A stretch of 20,000 nucleotides of DNA from the IMG/VR virus record IMGVR_UViG_3300030102_003916, positions 55,656 through 75,655 of that record. One strand, 5' to 3'. Below are positions 15,877 through 20,000 of the stretch, piece after piece. This DNA is from an uncultured virus (IMG/VR IMGVR_UViG_3300030102_003916) (taxonomy: Duplodnaviria > Heunggongvirae > Uroviricota > Caudoviricetes > Kyanoviridae). Each line of letters begins with the position of its first letter. Within the stretch, counting starts at the first letter, position 1. Below the pieces are notes generated by a model, which worked only from the letters and a program-made list of their open reading frames with translations, ran no database searches and had not been told where the DNA came from. A program made the position numbers and the translations under genes.

Positions 15877-16227
15877 ATGAAACGAATACGATATGATTGT
15901 GTGAAATGTGGTAAGACAACCTATGACCGCCGCATCTGTGGTTGGTGTAGGTTGGACATGAGTCTTGAGGAGACATTGAAACTACTGAATGACAATCCAG
16001 TAACTCCCTCTGGCAAACCAATCCGACATTCCGTTCATAGTATGCAAAAGAAAAGGGAGGTGAACAAAGTGAGAAATTGTGACGTATGCGAGGCAAGAAA
16101 GGCCCGCCGACAGAAGGTCATGGATGTCCTATTTTCAGCCGTGAAGGCCGGATTTGGAGCCGCCTTTCAGTTGGGTGTGTCAGTCGGTGCTATCTATTAT
16201 CTGATTCAAGAGGGGGTGATCCTCTGA
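15877..16227 (+). CDS. Zn-finger protein with C-terminal hydrophobic (TM-like) segment; only credible plus-strand gene
   Basis: Start MKRIRYDCVKC (GGGGAAG upstream); CxxC...CxxC, CDVC; C-terminal GFGAAFQLGVSVGAIYYLI. Confidence 0.6.
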   Translation: MKRIRYDCVKCGKTTYDRRICGWCRLDMSLEETLKLLNDNPVTPSGKPIRHSVHSMQKKREVNKVRNCDVCEARKARRQKVMDVLFSAVKAGFGAAFQLGVSVGAIYYLIQEGVIL

Positions 16228-16452
16228 CTGAGGACGAGGAGGAATAACACCAGAATCTGTGATGTGGGGGTGCGCTTGCATTCGCCATCCGTTGGCCTCT
16301 CTCCTGAGTCTAGCGCATCTTCCACATCGGACAACAGTATCCTTGGATTGCGTCCTGATATTGTGCTTCTTGCAATCCCTGCATTGCCTGTAATTCTCAG
16401 GCTTGCGAGCGGGGCCTCTCTTCTTGTGTCTGCGAGCGTATGGCTTCATCAT
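16180..16452 (-). CDS. basic Zn-ribbon protein
   Basis: CRDC...CGRC, Arg/Lys-rich N-terminus; ATGA overlap with the upstream gene. Confidence 0.65.
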   Translation of the reverse strand: MMKPYARRHKKRGPARKPENYRQCRDCKKHNIRTQSKDTVVRCGRCARLRREANGWRMQAHPHITDSGVIPPRPQSEDHPLLNQIIDSTD

Positions 16453-16709
16453 GACCAGTCCTTGTAATCCAACGTCAAGTCCCAGACCTGTATGTTGTAC
16501 CTCTGGTTCTCGATGGGTGATTTGGTCTGGACGAAACCGATCGCTCTGAACCGGGGGTCTTTCGATAGAACATTGGTGGTTTGCTGTAATGTGGTTCCAC
16601 CATAGGACGATTTGTTGATGTGGTCGAAAATCTGCTGTGTCGTTTGCGGACCCTTCTTCTCAAGGTGCTTCACAATCTTGAGCCGTAGTCGCTTCGTCTT
16701 TCCAGTCAT
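16449..16709 (-). CDS. DUF3860-like winged-helix protein
   Basis: KT.RLR.KI...L.....TT.QI.DHIN.....GTT.QQ..NVLSKD, as recalled from the marine DUF3860 family; likely start MTGKTK at 16709. Confidence 0.7.
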   Translation of the reverse strand: MTGKTKRLRLKIVKHLEKKGPQTTQQIFDHINKSSYGGTTLQQTTNVLSKDPRFRAIGFVQTKSPIENQRYNIQVWDLTLDYKDWS

Positions 16710-16726
16710 GATTCTCTTGAAGGGAC

Positions 16727-18292
16727 TCAACCCATCATCCCCGGCATTGGTGGCATACCCCCGTCACCTGCCTTCATACTAATCACGTCGTCTATTCTTA
16801 GAATCATGATGGCGGCTTCGGTAGCGGAGCCAAGTGCTGTCCACACTACCTTGTGTGGCTCTATGACCTTCGCATCTCTCATGTTCACCACGTCCCCCTC
16901 TGTGTTTATCCCGTAGTCCGCGCTCTCTGCCTTGCGTAGCGCGAGGACTGCATCGACCGGATCGATTCCGGCGTTCTCTGCCAGAGTCTTCGGTATCGAC
17001 TCCAGAGCGTCGCTGAAAGCGGAGATTGCCATTCCCTTTCTGTCTCCCATGGTAGCGGCCTTCAACCTCAGATGTCGGGCTAGGTGGGCATACACCCCTC
17101 CACCCCCTGCAACCAGTTTCTTGGCCCTAGCACTCAGGAAAACCACACCCATAGCGTCGTCCCATGCTCTCTCTATCTCATCTAGGGAGTGGCCTGTGCT
17201 ACCACGAAGCACGGCGGTGACGCTCGTCGTCCTATCAGATTTCAGGACCGTGCAATGGTAGTCTCCGAACTTGACCTCCTCAATATTAGAGGCCAGTCCC
17301 ATGTCCTCCGGGTCTATGTCTTCCAAGCCATTGACGAACCTCGCGCCCGTTGCCTTCTTGAGTGCCTCCATCCTGCTTTTCTTCACGCGCTTTAGGCAGA
17401 AGATTCCGGCCTTCGCCAGATAGTGCATTGCGAGGTCGTCCACTTCCTTCTGGCAGAACACCGCATTAGCACCTGTTGATATTATCTCCGCGCACATCGC
17501 CTTGAGCATCTCCTCCTCTTGAGCCAAGAAGTCCTTGACCTGATCCGGGTTGTTGATGTTGAGCGTCGTGTCGAACTTCGACTCCTTGATGCCTATCTCC
17601 TCTGTGACCAATAGGACATGAGCGTCACTCAGGCTCGCGGGCATCTCGCTGTGCGCTCGCTCCTTCTCTATGAGGACACCATGAATCAATGCGGACTCAT
17701 CATACGTCCCACCAGAGAATGAGGCTACCATGATGTCATCTAACGTACCCTCATCACCTATTGTCTGGACGGCTTCGACGCACATTGCTGAGATTACCTC
17801 TGCCGCTCCTTCTGCACTCTTCCCGGTCAGGCTAGTCATGGCGACGCTAGTCAAGTCCTCCTCTGTCGCCTCCCATCCTAATGTGGCTAATTCGTCCTTG
17901 GCTAGGTCATGAGCCTCCTTGAAGCCTCTGCATATGATTGTCTGGTGTATGCTATCGTCTAGCAGGTCTTCTGCACGTTCCAATATAGCCCCGACCAGAA
18001 CGGCGGCTGATGTCGTTCCATCGTGGGCCTCCTGTTCTTGGGTTTCGGATACCTCTATGATGAGTTTCGCGGCAGGGTGNNNNNNNNNNGCTCCGTCGTT
18101 GGTGATGACCACATCTCCTGATGGGTCCACTAGCATCTTGTCGGCTCCTTCTGGACCGAGCGTGGATCTTACGGTTTCAGCGACGGCCTTAGCCGCCGCG
18201 ATGTTGTTGCTCTGGGCGGGCTTCCCCCTGATTCGCTCCGTCCCCTCCTTCATTATGAATATCGGTTGGTTGCCTTGTGGCACGTTGTTCAT
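16727..18292 (-). CDS. ths: group II chaperonin (thermosome subunit), virus-encoded
   Basis: Start [17 protein letters not shown] (ATG 18292); [64 protein letters not shown] tail. Contains a 10-N gap at 18080-18089. Confidence 0.97.
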   Translation of the reverse strand: MNNVPQGNQPIFIMKEGTERIRGKPAQSNNIAAAKAVAETVRSTLGPEGADKMLVDPSGDVVITNDGXXXXHPAAKLIIEVSETQEQEAHDGTTSAAVLVGAILERAEDLLDDSIHQTIICRGFKEAHDLAKDELATLGWEATEEDLTSVAMTSLTGKSAEGAAEVISAMCVEAVQTIGDEGTLDDIMVASFSGGTYDESALIHGVLIEKERAHSEMPASLSDAHVLLVTEEIGIKESKFDTTLNINNPDQVKDFLAQEEEMLKAMCAEIISTGANAVFCQKEVDDLAMHYLAKAGIFCLKRVKKSRMEALKKATGARFVNGLEDIDPEDMGLASNIEEVKFGDYHCTVLKSDRTTSVTAVLRGSTGHSLDEIERAWDDAMGVVFLSARAKKLVAGGGGVYAHLARHLRLKAATMGDRKGMAISAFSDALESIPKTLAENAGIDPVDAVLALRKAESADYGINTEGDVVNMRDAKVIEPHKVVWTALGSATEAAIMILRIDDVISMKAGDGGMPPMPGMMG

Positions 18293-18316
18293 AACGTCGG
18301 TGCTGACAGGATTGAC

Positions 18317-18332
18317 ATTTAATCCCGCCGAC
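18317..18332 (-). promoter_or_regulatory. putative viral promoter GTCGGCGGGA + TTAAAT for the thermosome gene
   Basis: TATA-like TTAAAT 25-30 nt upstream of ATG 18292 (leaderless spacing); 13 bp identical to 7660-7672. Confidence 0.65.
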
Positions 18333-18333
18333 C

Positions 18334-18468
18334 TTATCTCAGGATTTCCTTGACTTTGACATAGAGATAGAGCCACAGCAAAGCGACTCCTCCCCACGCG
18401 CTCATGCTCTTGATTAAGTCCCAATTCGCCTCTGCTTGCTCTGGACTGGTCGCCATTACCTCAAGCAT
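18334..18468 (-). CDS. small single-TM membrane protein (44 aa)
   Basis: [44 protein letters not shown]; only the 3' end of the 170-aa track ORF is credible. Confidence 0.55.
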   Translation of the reverse strand: MLEVMATSPEQAEANWDLIKSMSAWGGVALLWLYLYVKVKEILR

Positions 18469-18568
18469 CCTCAGTCTCTCCCCACGTCCTGCAATAGAAG
18501 CACAATGAGGCGGGCGATGGACTCCAGTTAGAGCAACCGGGCTTGTTGCATTGACACGCCCTATACAT
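18461..18568 (-). CDS. Cys-rich microprotein (35 aa)
   Basis: [42 protein letters not shown] upstream. Confidence 0.55.
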   Translation of the reverse strand: MYRACQCNKPGCSNWSPSPASLCFYCRTWGETEDA

Positions 18569-18692
18569 GATACATACTCCCTTGATTGTATAGGATAGTC
18601 CAGTCGATCGCAACCACGAACAGGGGGATTAGCAGGGGGCGACTCGACTGAACCATCGACCCCACAGACTGGTGTATCGTTATGAATCCTTA

Positions 18693-18965
18693 CTAGGGTA
18701 GCCGCCTGACCAGAGGGTAATCGAAGTGACAGCAGGTCTTGCACACCCACTCCTCCCCTTCCTCTAGGCCACCATGGAGGACGGTCCAACAGTCGTAGCA
18801 CACTATCCTCCCCGGCAACTCTCCCTCTGCCTCTGGATGCTCGCATCCCTCATCCACGCGGCCACAGTCCGGGCATGGTTCGCCGTCCTTCCAACGTGGC
18901 TTATCCAGAACCTCGACTCCCTCTATCTCCTTCGCGGCGTCGGCCCATGATGGCAGATCAGTCAT
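18693..18965 (-). CDS. multi-CxxC Zn-binding protein (90 aa)
   Basis: Start MTDLPSW at 18965 (SD GGAGGAGG, ATGA overlap); CPDC, CYDC, CKTCC. Confidence 0.7.
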   Translation of the reverse strand: MTDLPSWADAAKEIEGVEVLDKPRWKDGEPCPDCGRVDEGCEHPEAEGELPGRIVCYDCWTVLHGGLEEGEEWVCKTCCHFDYPLVRRLP

Positions 18966-19201
18966 TCCTCCTCCTCCTTCCATGCGCTTCTTCCTCTTTT
19001 GGCTCTTAGGATTGCTTTCTGCTCTTTGTGTGGTAACTCCTCGATGGTGTATCCCAAGCCGTGGCAACAGGAACATATTCGCTTCCTAGCCAGACCCAAA
19101 TTGAGTCTCCTCTGGAGATACTCTATCTTTCTCTCGCGCCACGCGCTACGCTTCGATTTCCTTGGCTTCCACTCCTCGCTGAAATAGCCCTGCTTTGTCA
19201 T
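18962..19201 (-). CDS. small basic protein with CxxCxGxG motif
   Basis: CSCCHGLG; SD GGAGG; ATGA overlaps. Confidence 0.7.
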   Translation of the reverse strand: MTKQGYFSEEWKPRKSKRSAWRERKIEYLQRRLNLGLARKRICSCCHGLGYTIEELPHKEQKAILRAKRGRSAWKEEEE

Positions 19202-19467
19202 TTGTTAGACCTCCATCTCGACATGGTAATCCATGAGTCCTCGTCCTTGGGAATGGCGTTGCGGGATATGCACCTGAAATCACGCTTGACGGCAGTCTCC
19301 TCATGGGCTGAATAGCACCCCTCTGCCGCCTCCAGACTGTCGAACTCAGCCGTGACCGTAGCCATGGCCCCATCCTCGTTCAGAATCTCTCCTATGACGC
19401 GATATGACGGCTCTATTGACTCATCGACTGCTATGATGAAGGTGAACTCGATCGGCTCGCTCATCAT
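19198..19467 (-). CDS. hypothetical protein
   Basis: Likely start MMSEPIEF (19467/19464), preceded by GAGGGAG and a TATA box. Confidence 0.7.
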   Translation of the reverse strand: MMSEPIEFTFIIAVDESIEPSYRVIGEILNEDGAMATVTAEFDSLEAAEGCYSAHEETAVKRDFRCISRNAIPKDEDSWITMSRWRSNK

Positions 19468-19488
19468 GCTCCCTCGACCCTCTCTCTG

Positions 19489-19500
19489 TATAAATCCTCT
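19489..19500 (-). promoter_or_regulatory. putative TATA box (AGAGGATTTATA)
   Basis: TTTATA 22-30 nt upstream of the ATGs at 19467/19464. Confidence 0.5.
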
Positions 19501-19506
19501 ATCCAC

Positions 19507-19797
19507 TCACTCGTCATCCTCTAGGTTCTCGTCCTCGTAGTCGGTCGCCCTCTGCATACCTGCCTGTATCTGGTCAGCCATCTTGATGTGGCCCACAACC
19601 AAATCTAGCCTAGCGAACTCCTTCCCGACCCATGTCATGGGGCCGGTCATGGTATGGCCTGTCAGAGGGTGCGTCATGGTCACGATCCTGTCCTCTATGT
19701 TCAGAACCATGACCCTGCCATCAGCGAGCGTCATGCGCTCCTCTATGACCACCTCCATGTCCTCGTCGAACTCCGTTGGCGTCCACTCCTCGGTCAT
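19507..19797 (-). CDS. hypothetical acidic protein
   Basis: Likely start MTEEW at 19797 (SD GGAGGT, ATGA overlap). Confidence 0.7.
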   Translation of the reverse strand: MTEEWTPTEFDEDMEVVIEERMTLADGRVMVLNIEDRIVTMTHPLTGHTMTGPMTWVGKEFARLDLVVGHIKMADQIQAGMQRATDYEDENLEDDE

Positions 19798-19988
19798 TCT
19801 TCCAACCTCCTGAAAACTGCATACATTCTCTCTTTTGTGAATCCATTCCATCCACACGGGAGCGTTCTATGCGAGATACCTGTTCTCTTCTTCATGCCCG
19901 CGCTCGCTTTCTTAGCGTATTCCAATGTCTTGGGTTGGGTGACTCTTTGGTATTTCACCCCGTCAATAGTGCTGAATCTTCTGGGCAT
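19794..19988 (-). CDS. small basic protein (64 aa)
   Basis: ORF track; TAATG overlap with an upstream ORF leaving the window. Confidence 0.7.
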   Translation of the reverse strand: MPRRFSTIDGVKYQRVTQPKTLEYAKKASAGMKKRTGISHRTLPCGWNGFTKERMYAVFRRLEE

Positions 19989-20000
19989 TATGCTTCCATC

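Noticed and set aside
15698..16096. 132-aa Cys/Ser-rich minus-strand ORF
   Set aside because: Antisense to the plus-strand Zn-finger gene and spans the AT-rich non-coding region; no SD or coupling.
18080..18089. Apparent deletion of about 6 aa in the thermosome between TNDG and HPAAK
   Set aside because: Coincides with a 10-N scaffold gap; an assembly placeholder, not biology.
18293..18424. 44-aa N-terminal extension of the thermosome in the ORF track
   Set aside because: Homology starts at [12 protein letters not shown]; the extension overlaps a promoter motif and another ORF.
18592..18690. Possible tRNA
   Set aside because: No cloverleaf with T-loop GTTCRA and acceptor stem could be built; kept only as a generic structured element.
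18469..18846. 5' part of the 170-aa ORF 18334-18846
   Set aside because: Overlaps better-supported ORFs in other frames; no recognisable features.

Overview
Gene-dense window, almost entirely minus-strand, that looks like part of a tailed archaeal virus genome. It is most likely a magrovirus-type virus of Marine Group II Euryarchaeota/Poseidoniales, inferred from gene content and not from a database search. The left half (1-10125) is a replication/recombination module: a truncated RNase_H_2-like gene, an MCM-like AAA+ helicase, an ERCC4/XPF nuclease, a fused PriS-PriL primase, a Cas4/RecB-like PD-(D/E)XK nuclease, an AAA_24/Sak4-like ATPase, a probable RPA/SSB, a LAGLIDADG-like protein, an ATP-dependent DNA ligase homologue, a TFB-cyclin-like protein and a PC4-like protein. 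The right half is an accessory region of short translationally coupled ORFs, including many CxxC microproteins missed by the ORF track. It also holds a DUF3846 protein, a DUF3860-like wHTH protein, a group II chaperonin (thermosome) and an AT-rich divergent intergenic region. Most notable: (1) an intact ligase homologue that has lost essentially all catalytic motifs, alongside two other apparently inactivated enzyme folds; (2) a recurrent G-rich promoter element GGCGGG[AG]TTA[TA]A, with an exact 13-bp match upstream of the SSB and thermosome genes, in a genome that appears to encode its own TFB-like domain; (3) a large set of Zn-finger microproteins. All family assignments come from motif recognition by eye.
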